From the IMG/VR virus record IMGVR_UViG_2836755666_000005, positions 21,275-85,274 of that record: a stretch of 64,000 nucleotides of DNA. One strand, 5' to 3'. Below are positions 33,631 to 45,185 of the stretch, in pieces. The notes below the pieces were generated by a model. It saw only the letters and a list, made by a program, of their open reading frames with translations. It searched no databases and was not told where the DNA came from. The position numbers and the translations under genes were made by a program. This DNA comes from a virus (taxonomy: Duplodnaviria; Caudoviricetes). Each line of letters begins with the position of its first letter. Within the stretch, counting starts at the first letter, position 1.

Positions 33631-34538
33631 GTGATCACCTCATTCACCGCGATGTTGTCACTGACGATGGTGAATTTCTCATCAACATCGGCGTTTAAAA
33701 TGGCACTCGTCCACGTGTTGCCATCTTTTGCGATTTGTAGGTCAGAGACATAATAAGAACGCGCAATGCGGTTCAAAATGCAGTAAAGCGCAGTCACCTT
33801 GATATTTTCGCCAATGCGATAAAGGGATTTGACTAGTTCGTCTTTGATCTCCTGTATCGGCACAGGCTCGTTGGCTTTTTCACGCGTGGCAGTCAGTTTA
33901 ATCTTGATTTCGGTGATTTTAGGGCGGTCAAATCGGTATTCATGCACCACCTCAAAAAACGTGCCGTCGGATCTCACTATCTTGTCAATGTATTTGCCTT
34001 TGATTGTTCCTTTAAGGCCAGTCCCCCCTGTTTTGTTGCAAGCGAGGCAATCCACAATGGCCTGATTTTCACCTCCCTCAGCAATCACCCAAATCGAATG
34101 AGGCGGAATATTCAGTGTGTCACTCTCGTTCGTGGTGTTTTCGTACACCACGGCATCGGTCACACCTTTGACCAGATTCAACCGGGCAGCGATGCCGCCT
34201 ATCGTGCTTTGACTGGCATTTTCAAAGGTTTTTAACCGTCTGCGTCGCAAATCGCTGTCGCTTTCGTTTTCCTTGCGTAACAGCCCGTTGATTCTGGCTA
34301 AATAATCAAGGTGGAGCCCTTCGGCCTGTTCGGGCTTCAAGTTCTGATAGAGCTTTTTCACCAACACCAAACATTCGTGGGTAATCCGGCTATAAATCGC
34401 AACGCGCTGCCCGTCCGGCGTATCTTGTGAAAGATTGATATCACTGCCGTAAATTGTTTTAAATTCAGCAATCAAGGTTTCAATCAGTTCGGGCAGCGTT
34501 GCGATGGTGATACCGTTTTCATCTAACTTGATATTCAC
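33627..34538 (-). CDS. Baseplate J-like protein
   Basis: TPDGQ, AEGLHLD, ESDSDLRRR, VYENTT..IPPHSI. Confidence 0.82.
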   Translation of the reverse strand: MNIKLDENGITIATLPELIETLIAEFKTIYGSDINLSQDTPDGQRVAIYSRITHECLVLVKKLYQNLKPEQAEGLHLDYLARINGLLRKENESDSDLRRRRLKTFENASQSTIGGIAARLNLVKGVTDAVVYENTTNESDTLNIPPHSIWVIAEGGENQAIVDCLACNKTGGTGLKGTIKGKYIDKIVRSDGTFFEVVHEYRFDRPKITEIKIKLTATREKANEPVPIQEIKDELVKSLYRIGENIKVTALYCILNRIARSYYVSDLQIAKDGNTWTSAILNADVDEKFTIVSDNIAVNEVIT

Positions 34539-34930
34539 TGGCTGACCTCCTGATTAAGGTTGCGTGTTCGGTTAAAAACATCGGTGTAATCCATCGCAAT
34601 GTGTGCGGTGAAGTCGGCAACCTTAATATTGAGCTTATCGACGCGAACAACACCCTCCGTCCCTAATGCCACCTTGTAGATTTCACGGCGCAAGGTTTCA
34701 CCCGTACCACGACTGCCGAGTAGTTGTAGCCAGTCCAAGCCAAATTCAACATCTAGCCACCAATCGGATTTGAAACACTGCAAACGGGATTTGATATTCT
34801 GGTGAATTGCCTCGCTGTCAATCAGGTAATCATCAAGCGAATGACCAAATCGCCAATCGTTGTGTTCGGTTAACTTTGCTGTTTTCACGAAAATCACCTT
34901 CGGGTTATTTTGGTTTTCCGGTGCTGTCAT
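34535..34930 (-). CDS. Baseplate wedge/gp25-like protein
   Basis: WWLDVEFGLDW, GTEGV; position before baseplate J. Confidence 0.7.
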   Translation of the reverse strand: MTAPENQNNPKVIFVKTAKLTEHNDWRFGHSLDDYLIDSEAIHQNIKSRLQCFKSDWWLDVEFGLDWLQLLGSRGTGETLRREIYKVALGTEGVVRVDKLNIKVADFTAHIAMDYTDVFNRTRNLNQEVSQ

Positions 34931-35507
34931 TACCTGTTTCTACGCCTCCGTGCGTATGGTTGCCAACATCGATATTGCCCACTGTTAACGATTGCTGGGC
35001 TGCGATTTGTTGGGCGGTGATAGTGCCTTTCACATCAAGGTTACCGTCAATGGTGACATTGAGCTTCACGTGGATATTGTGGGTAAAAAGATGGTCACCT
35101 GCGGTTGTCGCCACCTTCGGTATGGCAAATGCCCCGTTACGATTGCAAAGTCCCAAAAGCGCGACACAATCGCTATAATCATGCAAGCGATTTTCTGCCC
35201 CGCGCACGTTGTCGTTGCCTATCCACCAATTATCAATGCAACTATCAAAGGTGAGTAAAATGCAGTAATCGCCCACAGCGACCGGATAGGCGGTGTAGCT
35301 GCCACCCCCTTGTGACCAAGAAACAGGCACATCGGGAAAAACCGGAAATTCGATCGCGTGAATTTCATCGTTAATCACCACGTTTTTTTTAGTGACTGGC
35401 TGGCAATCCACTGTGGTTTCATTCACCTTAACCACTTTGGCAATCAAGGCACAGCCCATCTCAGATTTGATGTGATTGGCAATGGTTTTCATCAGTTCGA
35501 TATTCAC
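34905..35507 (-). CDS. Baseplate central spike (gpV/Gp138-like)
   Basis: VDCQP, PVAVGD, HDYSD, C-terminal HTHGGV metal-binding motif. Confidence 0.85.
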   Translation of the reverse strand: MNIELMKTIANHIKSEMGCALIAKVVKVNETTVDCQPVTKKNVVINDEIHAIEFPVFPDVPVSWSQGGGSYTAYPVAVGDYCILLTFDSCIDNWWIGNDNVRGAENRLHDYSDCVALLGLCNRNGAFAIPKVATTAGDHLFTHNIHVKLNVTIDGNLDVKGTITAQQIAAQQSLTVGNIDVGNHTHGGVETGNDSTGKPK

Positions 35508-36361
35508 ACCTTACTCTCCTTAACCACCACGTAGTTTTTTTCCTGCTGGCATTGGCACGTCATCGCCCACTCACCTGTGTCACTTTCCCCTGCGTAGTCA
35601 ATCGCGCAAATGCGATAAACGCCGTTAAGATGTGGTGAAATTTTGCTATCTATCGCCACCTGATAGCCAATGGATACATTCGGATTCAGGACGCTTTTAA
35701 AGGTCAATACGTTTTTATCGTCAAGCGTCGGCGTTTCCATCAATCCAGTACTCACACTGATTAATTCCGCTTTCCCGTTTTGCACCTCGTTTCGTCTCAG
35801 AATATGCAGCTGTCCGTTGTCGATGTAGAGCTGCTCTTTCTCATCTTTGAGCTTGCGTAATTCATCAAACGAAAACCCCGTCATGATTTTGGGGCGACTT
35901 AATGGCGATTGCGCGGTCACTTTGCCTTTTTTCACGCCTGTCATGGTACTCAAAGCAGCATCGACCGCCTCAGACTTTGCGGTCACGGCTTTACTGATGG
36001 TTGCCGTACGAAAAGCAAACCCACCATCGGCAATTTCCAGCGTGGTGACTATCTCAGTGCCTTGCTTTGATAGCGTGACTTTGGTGACAGAGCCAGAAAA
36101 CAGGAGCTTCAATCCCGTGGTCAGATAACCTACTGAAAGTTGAGCGGCAATATGCTGCTTGCGGTATTGGAAATCCGCCAGCGAATGCCGACGCGACGGC
36201 GACAGGTTAAACAGCGAAATTTGCCCGATATTGGGGCGGTCACGGGTTAAATCCTTCGAAAACGAAAAGGCGATTTTAAACGGAGGGATAATCTTTATTG
36301 CTTTTTTATCCTCACCAATCAACAACTCAAAATCACGAAAAAACGGCGTTTGACGATTCAA
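35504..36361 (-). CDS. Baseplate hub protein
   Basis: ISLFNL, STGL, LNP, G.Y pattern; position in operon. Confidence 0.7.
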   Translation of the reverse strand: MNRQTPFFRDFELLIGEDKKAIKIIPPFKIAFSFSKDLTRDRPNIGQISLFNLSPSRRHSLADFQYRKQHIAAQLSVGYLTTGLKLLFSGSVTKVTLSKQGTEIVTTLEIADGGFAFRTATISKAVTAKSEAVDAALSTMTGVKKGKVTAQSPLSRPKIMTGFSFDELRKLKDEKEQLYIDNGQLHILRRNEVQNGKAELISVSTGLMETPTLDDKNVLTFKSVLNPNVSIGYQVAIDSKISPHLNGVYRICAIDYAGESDTGEWAMTCQCQQEKNYVVVKESKV

Positions 36362-36681
36362 TAGACGGCCTCCTTCTCTTCTTCACCAACCAGCAGATAG
36401 AGCGTCACCCTGCCACTGGCAAAATCATCCAGCAAGGAAGGCTCAATATCCGGATTGTCACGGGCGACAGCCACAATCGTAAACGGCAACCGGCTATCGT
36501 GTAGCAGCGGTACGTTAAGCGAAACCGCCACCCCGTTAATGGTGATATTCCGATAGGTAATATCCATATTCCACGCTGAAATACTCGGATGAAACGTTAA
36601 TGTCAGTTCAATATCGTCAATATCGGTTAACAGCGTGTGCGTCTGAATCGGATCGCTTGATAGGTTTTCGATTTTGTACAT
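36358..36681 (-). CDS. Phage baseplate/tail protein
   Basis: Coupled in the tail operon. Confidence 0.6.
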   Translation of the reverse strand: MYKIENLSSDPIQTHTLLTDIDDIELTLTFHPSISAWNMDITYRNITINGVAVSLNVPLLHDSRLPFTIVAVARDNPDIEPSLLDDFASGRVTLYLLVGEEEKEAVY

Positions 36682-36682
36682 G

Positions 36683-37469
36683 TTAATTCCAACTAAAAAA
36701 ACGCTTAAAAAAGGCTTTGGCGCCTTCTTTAACATCGTAAGTTACGGAGGTTGGTGTTTGGCTCCCGTTGTTTTTCGCCCCACTCATTTGTGCTGCCCCT
36801 GTTTTGCTCATCCCTGCGGCGGATTTGTTGGCAACAGGGGTGATATTCACCTGCTCAAAGGTGACAAAGCGCACTTGCTTCAGGGTTAAGGTGAACAGCA
36901 AAAAGCTGTCCTCATTGCTTTGTGAGGTGGCGAAACTTTCCAGTGCCATGTTATCGAGCACCTGATAGCCCATATCGACGCTGATCAATTCCCGATTTTC
37001 AAAAATGCCCGTGAACGTATCGACAAACTGTTGCGCAATGCCGTTACCCGATTTACTGCCCGTGACCGTGTGGTAAATTCCTTGCGCCGTGTTTTCGACT
37101 TGCGCTTTCAAATCCAGGATCTGCTGCGCTTTGCTGTTCATGTCATTGATTTTTTGTCTGACCGCCTGTGTCCGATTGCCTACATAGCTATCAATAAAAC
37201 CAATTTGCCGATTGAAAGACTCAAAGACGGTATTTTCACTCCGCAAACTTAAAAACGAATCGGAAATCACCCCGCCTATCGAAATTTGCACAGGGCTAAG
37301 GTTAATGTGATCGGCAATCACAACGCCCGTTTCCAGTGGAATATCGCTGACGGTAGCACTACGTTGCGTGGTTTTATCCGTCCAGACATAGGCAGTAAAT
37401 CCCGCGATGCCGATTTTTTGCGTGGGCGTATTGGAGATGTGATTGGAAATGACTTGAGAGAAAACTCAA
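36683..37469 (-). CDS. Tail tube initiator/baseplate organiser-like protein; start approximate
   Basis: PLETGVVIADH, YQVLDNM; follows the tape measure gene. Confidence 0.55.
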
Positions 37470-39456
37470 AATGCGCCTCCTCGTACCAGCTGGTCTTGGC
37501 TCAGCATAGGGATATTATTGTGAACATCCCTGCCAATCGGTTGACCGATTGCCCTGTTGCTACCTGCCACATTCACATTGATGTTGTTGGTCTGTGAGGC
37601 CGAATTGCTGATCACTTTCTGGCTGTTTGTTGATATGTGATTGATCGTTTGACTGGCTTGTTGCAGCCTGTCATTGGCGAATTCCACGTTTTGGTGGCTT
37701 TGTCGAGTTCTTTATCGGAATCGCTAAAATACTTTTGATGGCATTCCACGTACTGCTAAATATTTTCTTCACACCATCCGCCACTTTTTTAAATTTGTCG
37801 CTGATGATGTTACCGATATCCCCAAAATTGCCGGAAAAAAGCGCTTTAACGATTTCAAGCGGTGCGGTGAATATCGTTTCCAGAATCTCGCCCACCGATT
37901 GTAAACTAGCGGTCATCTCCTCAGTAGTCTCAGTAGTACCGCTAGTGAAAATCCCTTTAATCCAATCCCACGCAGCGACAAACGGCGCTTTAATATCTTC
38001 CCACATCTGGGTGAAAATTGCGTGACCGCGTCACAGGCGTCGTCAAAGGTTTTTTAAACCACGTGGTGACTTCGGTAAATTTCTCAATAAACCAGTTATC
38101 CAGTGGGGTGAATATCGCAATCAAATCATCAAAAAACTGCACAAATGCCTGTTTTAGCATGGCAATCACCGTGTCCCAATCATCACTGAAAAACGCCGTC
38201 AGGAAATTGGATAAATCGGTAAAGTCTTTGATGATTTTATCCCACATGGCAGAAAAATAACCGATGACCGTAGCAATCATTTTTCGCACATCATCGGGAA
38301 ATATTCCCCAACCTTCCAAGAATTCGCCAATCACGCTTTTTCCGCCGTTCAACCAGACGTATAGGTCTTCAAGGGCGGCGATAATGCCGATAATCAGCAC
38401 CGTAACGCCAAAGAAAACAGGATTAGCAAGAATCGCGGCGCCAATCGCCTTTATCCCTGCCGTGATAAGCGGAAATACTTTCACCAGCGCCAACGCTGCC
38501 GGAACCAGCAGCCAAAAGCCGTCAGTGGTTTTGTTGAGAAAAGTGATTAATTTGGCAAATGCCCCCACGACGCGGGCGATAAAACCAATCACAGGCTGCA
38601 ACCCTTTCAACACAAAATTGAAAATCGGCGCAAGCGTGGCAAACACTTTTTCTGAAATCTGTTGCAGTTGCAGTAAGACACTGGCGAACGTGCGCCGAAA
38701 AATTTCAGACTGCTCTAAATCGTCTTGGGTTAATGCACGACCTTCCGCGACTTTTTTCTCAAGTGCTGCCCACTCTTGACGGGTTTTGCCGATGGCATCA
38801 ACCATCTCATAGGAAAGCCCAACCTGCTCGGCAAGCGCCGTTCTGGCGCCTTTATCCTGTATGTTATTTATGGCGGTGCCCGTTTCACGCAACAAGACGT
38901 TGGCATCCCTGATGTTGCCGTTACTGTCTTTAAAGGCAACGCCTAGCTTTTTAAACACTTGACTTGCGGTATCACCGTCACTATTAATCGCACGTTGAAA
39001 TTCTTTTACCCCATCGGATAATTCGTCAAAGCTCACGCCAACTTCCTGTGCGCCTTCTCTTAACACCTGAAAACTTTTTGCGTCAATGCCTGTTTGTCGA
39101 ACCGCTTTGTTAAAGCTATTAATTTGCTCACCCGCGCTCATAATCGCCGTCAGGGTAAACGCCCCCGTGATAATGCCTTTAAATTCGCTGAGCTTTTCGC
39201 CCAATTTGCCGAGTTTACTTTTGGTTTTCTTGGCCTTTTTGCCGAGGTCATCAACAGAATCACTGGCTTTATGCACGTCTTTTGCGGTGTTGGCACTCTC
39301 GTTTCCAAGATGGTCAACTTTTGCGGTCACCGTGGTGAATTTCCCCGTCACTCCGCCTAATTGCCGGGATAATTCGTTAAGCGCAGAGATTAACGTATCA
39401 ATCACGCCCGCATTGGCATTCACTCCAATATCCAGACTTAACTTTTCTTCACTCAT
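37466..39456 (-). CDS. Tape measure protein (split by indels)
   Basis: Long helical Ala-rich ORFs with W-spaced repeats after the tail chaperones. Confidence 0.8.
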
Positions 39457-39459
39457 CCG

Positions 39460-40055
39460 TCACCTCTTTTGCTTCGCTTCGTCGTGCTGTTTCCACTCAA
39501 TCGCCCCCGTGATAAAGGCGTGCTCGGCAGTTTTCAGATAGAAGAACATGTCATCATCGCGCAACGCCAGAAGCTCACCCACGGAGCCGTAACCCGCCTT
39601 CACCAGTGAAAAAAGCAGTTTGTCGTGTTCACTCAGTGAGGATTTTCTAACGTACTGTCGCCAGCTATTGGGATAACGCGGGGTAAAGGTCAGCTCGCCG
39701 TTAATGCCGATAAAAAAGGGGCGGCGTAGAGGTGTAACACCGTTAACGTTAAGGGAATGAAAAGCTCAGGTTTCTCATCAAAAAAGGTTGGCAATTTGCT
39801 AATACTCATGCCGTCGTGGGTGATTTGGTTGAAAAGCTGTCTCAGATTGCCATCACTATGGCTTGAAAGTGTCGCGGCAATGCGTTTTGATTGCCCCAAG
39901 TCTTCGACAATTTCCAATGCTTTCAACCGCAAATGATGATTGAAATTACCAATCTGAAATTCGTTACCTTGCACCTTAAAGGTTTTGTTTTTGGTGATAT
40001 CGACAATATCATCCTGTGATAGCCCGGTCAGGCTACCTAATCCTTGTTCTGTCAT
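39460..40055 (-). CDS. Tail assembly chaperone G (39690..40055) with -1 frameshift extension GT to 39460
   Basis: In-frame C CCT TTT TTA slippery site at 39711-39721; open -1 frame to TGA just before the tape measure gene. Confidence 0.75.
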
Positions 40056-40067
40056 GATTTTTTCCTG

Positions 40068-40499
40068 TTAAATTGAGCGGTTGAAATCCCGAAATTGCAG
40101 CTTGTAGGTCATCTCTGCGTTGTGATCAGTATTAGCAAAAGTGAATTGTGGCTGGTCTGTGATACTGCCGCCTGTAAACGTGAAGGTTTCGGTTTTGGCT
40201 TTGCCGTCGAGCTTGTACAACGTGCTGACTGAGGCATTGAGCAACGTCACTTCACCACTGCCTTGTAGCGAGGATAACCAGACATCATCGGCACTGCCCC
40301 TTAAAATATGAAACTCAAGCTCGGAAACTTTGGCATCGGTTCGTTTTGCCACACTGACCGAACCACCGGAGCCGTTAAAACGGCTAGTATCGGGATTGGG
40401 GAAAGTGATTTGCACCGTAGTACCTGCGATAAAATCACTTAAGATTCGACCGCCTAGAATGACGGTGGTTGCATCCACATCATAGGAAATTTGCGCCAT
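40068..40499 (-). CDS. Tail tube protein
   Basis: Size and position after the sheath; beta-rich. Confidence 0.7.
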   Translation of the reverse strand: MAQISYDVDATTVILGGRILSDFIAGTTVQITFPNPDTSRFNGSGGSVSVAKRTDAKVSELEFHILRGSADDVWLSSLQGSGEVTLLNASVSTLYKLDGKAKTETFTFTGGSITDQPQFTFANTDHNAEMTYKLQFRDFNRSI

Positions 40500-40508
40500 G
40501 TTTCGCCC

Positions 40509-42038
40509 CTAGTAATTGAAATTAATGATGATGTCTGCCCGATGAAATGCCCCCGCATTTTTCACCGCCTGTTGAATAGTGGGCGATTTGCGGTTTATGC
40601 GGTCAACCTGTGATTGTTCGGCTAACAGATTGGCATAGGTGAAATACCCTTTACTCTCAATTGACCGCTTAAATTGCTCTTCATCGCCGAAGGTATCCGG
40701 TGATGTCCATTTTCCGGCAGCAAATACGCTGGCTCTCACAAATCGCGCTGCCACCTGATTGATGCAATCAACCAGCAAATCCACCCCTTTTTCCGTTTGC
40801 GGTATTTTGGTAGCAGTCGCTTTCATTAAATTAAAGGTATCAACCTGTACTTGATTGACATACGCTTTCAGGTTGTAGACATTATCGACAAATTCATTGG
40901 CATTTGAGCACATCACTACCGGACGGTCTTTAATCAGCGTGTAAATATCGATACCCACGGATGACGCACTGTCTACCTCGGTTTGGCTATAGCTTTCTGG
41001 CTCACACGCAAGCTCCTTTAAGTGAATCGTCATGGCACTATTTTCAGCGCTGAAATCGACCACATGCACCCTTGCCATATAGGAAACCGCCAAGGCTTTT
41101 TGATTGCGCCTTGAAAAAAGCAGCCGAAAATATTCTTGTCCTTTCTTGCTCACTTGCCATGCCAAGCCTTTTGTCGTGAGATTGTCAGGATGTGAAACGA
41201 CTTGATAGCCCAATATCTTGTTGGCTTGACTGTAGCTTGCCAGCTTTAAAATTTGGTCATTGGTCAGCTCATCAATAAAACAATACCCACAACCCGAAGA
41301 CGCGGCTACCACATCGGTAATTGCCTCATCCGGTGATTGGGCGGTCAAAGTTTGAGGCGGTGTCGCTTTGGTTAACACGGCACTGTCACCCAGCCCTAGC
41401 AGATTCCCAATGAACGTACCTGTTCCCCCCTCGCTGGCGTTGGCTAATCCTTTTCCTGACACCACCAAACGCTTGTCAAGGTATGCAAAGGTGGATTTTC
41501 CGTTGGTAGGCACATTGCTGTCGTTGGGTTGATTTTCAGCAGACGGATAACCGGCTGGCAATGAGCCATTGAGAACATTAATCACATCAGAGAACGTGAC
41601 CGCGTCACCAAAATTCAGGTTTTCAAGTGTCAATTCGCCAATTTTCATACTGCCGTCGTCAATTTGACGCAGCGTTTTAAGTAACGCGTTGCTGTCAATC
41701 TCTGAGCCTGTCAGCGTATCAAATTCCACCGCGGGCAGCGTTAAATCAGTTTTGCGCCAATGTCCGATAATCAGACTACCACCTGAGCCTATCGGATTGG
41801 GGGATGTGCCAAAAAAGGCAGTTGCCATCTGATAGGTTTTCGAGGTAATGCCAAAATCGGCTTTCACGCCGGCGATATTTTTGTAGGTGGCATAAATCGT
41901 TTTACCGTCAAAAATCGTGCCCGTTTCAGATGTCATCATGATGACGTGGTTGATGTTGTCGTAATTGGCGCCTCGCTGCTCTTTGAGTAGCTGCACATTG
42001 ACAACATTTTCAATATCGATGCCAAGATTATTGTTCAT
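40509..42038 (-). CDS. Contractile tail sheath (DUF3383-like)
   Basis: VVNVQL, KIPQTEKG, GY..QSQVDRINRKSP..AGAFH. Confidence 0.82.
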   Translation of the reverse strand: MNNNLGIDIENVVNVQLLKEQRGANYDNINHVIMMTSETGTIFDGKTIYATYKNIAGVKADFGITSKTYQMATAFFGTSPNPIGSGGSLIIGHWRKTDLTLPAVEFDTLTGSEIDSNALLKTLRQIDDGSMKIGELTLENLNFGDAVTFSDVINVLNGSLPAGYPSAENQPNDSNVPTNGKSTFAYLDKRLVVSGKGLANASEGGTGTFIGNLLGLGDSAVLTKATPPQTLTAQSPDEAITDVVAASSGCGYCFIDELTNDQILKLASYSQANKILGYQVVSHPDNLTTKGLAWQVSKKGQEYFRLLFSRRNQKALAVSYMARVHVVDFSAENSAMTIHLKELACEPESYSQTEVDSASSVGIDIYTLIKDRPVVMCSNANEFVDNVYNLKAYVNQVQVDTFNLMKATATKIPQTEKGVDLLVDCINQVAARFVRASVFAAGKWTSPDTFGDEEQFKRSIESKGYFTYANLLAEQSQVDRINRKSPTIQQAVKNAGAFHRADIIINFNY

Positions 42039-42564
42039 ACTGTGAACCTTTTTCGTTGGAAAGTTGGAAAGTAAGATGATTGATTGAGGGTGTTGAGACG
42101 TTGATATAATCCGCGACAGAGGCGTTAATCGAAAACATCACGCGCTCTCGATACTGGCTACCTGTCGCAAAGTGCAAATCACGCACACCCGTTGGCGCAG
42201 ATAAGCTAATGGTGTGTTTCCACTGTTGCTCAAAGCCTTTTTGCGTTCTAAGTAACCGCAAGAGAATTTGCGCCCGTTGCAAGGCTTGCTTGCCCCAAAC
42301 ATTCACGTCAAAAAGGATTTTCTCGTGCTGGCTGTATTCCATCACTTCAACGTTTCGGCGGTATGTTTCGCTAAAGCCTTTGACTTCACTGTTGCCAGAT
42401 TGCTCAATACTGATAACAGGCGCATTAAAATCTTGATTCGCCAGATTTTCACGTCCGATAAATATGGTGTTTTCAGCAACCTCTAGCGTATCTCGAATCA
42501 CTATTGCCAGTCGTTGGATCGGTGTCTGGTAGTTTTTGTGGTGTAAATTGGTGTTATTTGACAT
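42028..42564 (-). CDS. Neck/tail terminator protein
   Basis: Position before the sheath; size. Confidence 0.55.
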   Translation of the reverse strand: MSNNTNLHHKNYQTPIQRLAIVIRDTLEVAENTIFIGRENLANQDFNAPVISIEQSGNSEVKGFSETYRRNVEVMEYSQHEKILFDVNVWGKQALQRAQILLRLLRTQKGFEQQWKHTISLSAPTGVRDLHFATGSQYRERVMFSINASVADYINVSTPSINHLTFQLSNEKGSQYEQ

Positions 42565-42631
42565 TCCGCCCTCTTAATGCGTTAAGATTAAGGAAATAGC
42601 GCAATTCCTAAAGCCAAATTTGGAGGTAAAG

Positions 42632-42901
42632 ATGGCAACAATAACGATGAACACCCATAAAGCGATAAAAGCCTTACAAGAATCAGGAATTGATGAAAAA
42701 CAAGCTGAGAAAATCGTAGAGGTTATTGCTGAATTTCAAAATGTAGGTACGGTTACGAAGGAAGATCTAAGTGTAGCTACAGAAAGCATTAAGTCAGATA
42801 TGGCAAGCATTAAAACAGATTTAGATTGGATTAAAAAACTTATTCTCGCTGTTGGTATTGCTGTCGTCATTGCTGCGTTGAAATATATTTTCATTGGGTG
42901 A
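42632..42901 (+). CDS. DUF1640-like coiled-coil membrane protein (moron, opposite strand)
   Basis: NTHKAIKALQESGIDEKQAE..VTKEDL..C-terminal TM; RBS ggagg. Confidence 0.7.
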   Translation: MATITMNTHKAIKALQESGIDEKQAEKIVEVIAEFQNVGTVTKEDLSVATESIKSDMASIKTDLDWIKKLILAVGIAVVIAALKYIFIG

Positions 42902-43715
42902 GCCTTCCTACCATCTCACTATCTTTCACTTCCTCAAAGACATAGCGTACATAGCCATAGTCGCTATAGTCTTTGCGGTTAATCGATTTGAATATTTTTC
43001 CTTTGTACTCCAAGTAAACACCGAGCAAATCGGCATACTTCGGTTGCACATGCACCGTGAAATACTCAATGACCAATCGAGACTATCTTTGTTAATGGCT
43101 TCATCCGGCAAACTGCTGATTACGCCTTCAATCGATTTCGTGTCACCGCAAAGTCCGGCTTAAAATCTTTCGTAGTAATCACTTCTGTGATGAAAGTTAA
43201 CGGTTGCGAAAATCGGCGGAGGGTTCTTGCCATATTGGGTAGTCTCATTTTTTCACCACCTGATAAGTTATCGATTTTTTCAATGCGCCCGTGTCTTGCA
43301 ATAGCCTTGCTTCAATGACACCTTTCTTTTTCAACTGCGCTTTGGTGCTTTCAGCATGCAAAGGCCACGCCCCAAAACCCTGCGTATCAAATGCCTCAAT
43401 TGACCACCCAACAGATAATTCACCGATATAAGCCAGAAATGTTTTGCGCTAATTTCACCTGAAATAAATAAGCGGTATTTTTCTTTTACCACCTTTTCAA
43501 TAATTGCTTTTGGTGATCACGAATCGGTACGCGCAAAAATGAGCGAGGCGGGATTTTCTCCGTGCCAAATTCGTGGATCGTTGCCACTTCCACCACGCTA
43601 ATATCGGAATCTTTGTACGGTCTGGTATTTTCCAATACGCCCACTTCCACTTTCAGTTTGTTAAGTTCCTCAAATTGTTTTTTGGCTTTTCAAGCAATTT
43701 TGATTTCAGCATCAC
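42891..43715 (-). pseudogene. Head-closure and neck genes, fragmented
   Basis: Fragments IHEFG, PPRSFLR, LQDTG.LKKSITY across frames. Confidence 0.5.
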
Positions 43716-44098
43716 CAGTTCATCCCGATTGCCAAGGCGTAATTGTTTATGCGACTTTCCAGCACCAAATATTGCTCACCAAATGCGGAGGTTTTAAACC
43801 AATCATTCTCGGTTCCTGAAAAATTGGCGCTGAAACTGACATCGCCCACACCTTCACTACCAAACAGTGCATTCGGATCGGCTGAATGAGAATCCTTGGT
43901 TGGACTATTTTCATGGAAGCCCGCCAAAAAAAGCAGATGCGCGGTAAGGTACAGCAAGCCTTGCTCATACATCGCTCCCCACACTTTCTTGTCCATCCGG
44001 TTTTCTGCATCGGTTAAATAGAGCAACAATTTGTTGTCATCGGCGGTAAAGGTTTGTTCGCCAAAACGATCACGGAATTTCTTTATCATTTCTTGCAT
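43712..44098 (-). CDS. Head-tail adaptor (DUF4054-like)
   Basis: FRDRF, LYLTAHLL, SEGVGDVSFS, SAFGEQY. Confidence 0.78.
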   Translation of the reverse strand: MQEMIKKFRDRFGEQTFTADDNKLLLYLTDAENRMDKKVWGAMYEQGLLYLTAHLLFLAGFHENSPTKDSHSADPNALFGSEGVGDVSFSANFSGTENDWFKTSAFGEQYLVLESRINNYALAIGMNW

Positions 44099-44135
44099 GA
44101 AGCCCCCCAAAAAAAAGCGGATAAAATCCGCTACA

Positions 44136-44417
44136 TTATACTTCAAACGAAGGGGTTTGTTTTGTGCCGTCCGTTAACTCAATCGTCAACGTCACGACAT
44201 TCCCTTGTTTGGCAGCGGTGATTTTTTTAATGCCAACCCCTGCATCACCTTTCGTGCCTTTTTCGCCCTTATCTCCCTTTTCACCCTTAAGTGTTCCGGC
44301 GTCCAGTGCTTCGTGAAGGGCAGATACCCCCGCTTCAATATTGTTGAGATTCTCCGCATTCAATGGGGTTTTGGTTGACGGTGAATTTTCCCAATTTGTT
44401 TTTGTGTAGCTCATCAT
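44136..44417 (-). CDS. Small collagen-like virion protein
   Basis: TPLNAENLNNIEAG plus GEKGDKGEKGTKGDAG. Confidence 0.7.
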   Translation of the reverse strand: MMSYTKTNWENSPSTKTPLNAENLNNIEAGVSALHEALDAGTLKGEKGDKGEKGTKGDAGVGIKKITAAKQGNVVTLTIELTDGTKQTPSFEV

Positions 44418-44519
44418 TGACTCCAGGATTCAAATAAAAATGAGGGGCTTGCCCTCATGATGGTGATTGCGGAAAGTAATTATCAGACGGCAAGGTTGTT
44501 CCGATTGGGAAGCCGCCGT

Positions 44520-45185
44520 CTATGACTTTGGGGCGGTTTTGTAATCGGCATAAACGGCAGATAGTGGCTGTTTCCACATTGCCCCACCAAAGGCGGAACG
44601 ATAGCCACACTCGTAAGTCAGTAAATCACGCTGGCGAACGGCTAACAACTCTGGCATATGCACTTTCATCTCCACATACTCTTCGTCGTAGGTGTAAATT
44701 GCCAAGCGGGTTTTGCCTTTGGTTATTTCTCTGGCATATCCTGCCGGAACTTTCACAAAGGTAATCGTAAAGCTGTCATTACCCGATGCCTTCCTCAACG
44801 CAGCCATGATCCTGTCCATCGCAGAAACAGGCAGTAAATCAGTCCCAACAATGGGGCTTTGGCTATCAAACTTCTGCATCGCCAGCATGAAATCTGCGGC
44901 ATCCATCGCAATATGCGTTGGTTGCACCCGATAACCTGAATTTGCCCACGCTTGGTTGTAAGCATCCAGTACCAGTTTGATAAACTCATTGGCGGTCATA
45001 TCTTTCAGCGATTTACCCGATGCTTCTTGCATCACCTGTATTTTACCGCCTGTTAACAAACCTTCTTGTCCTTTCACATGTTGATGTCCTAGGTAACCTG
45101 CATATTGCAGCGTTGACAGGGCATTGGCGTACAAATCATCCTGTTTTTTGCTTTGCAGATTAATATTGATTTTGTTGATTTTTTG
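44520..45185 (-). pseudogene. Major capsid protein (DUF2184-like), 5' half lost at the IS21 junction
   Basis: GQEGLL, AFGGAMWKQPLSAVYAD; no start, fused to the istA fragment. Confidence 0.7.
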
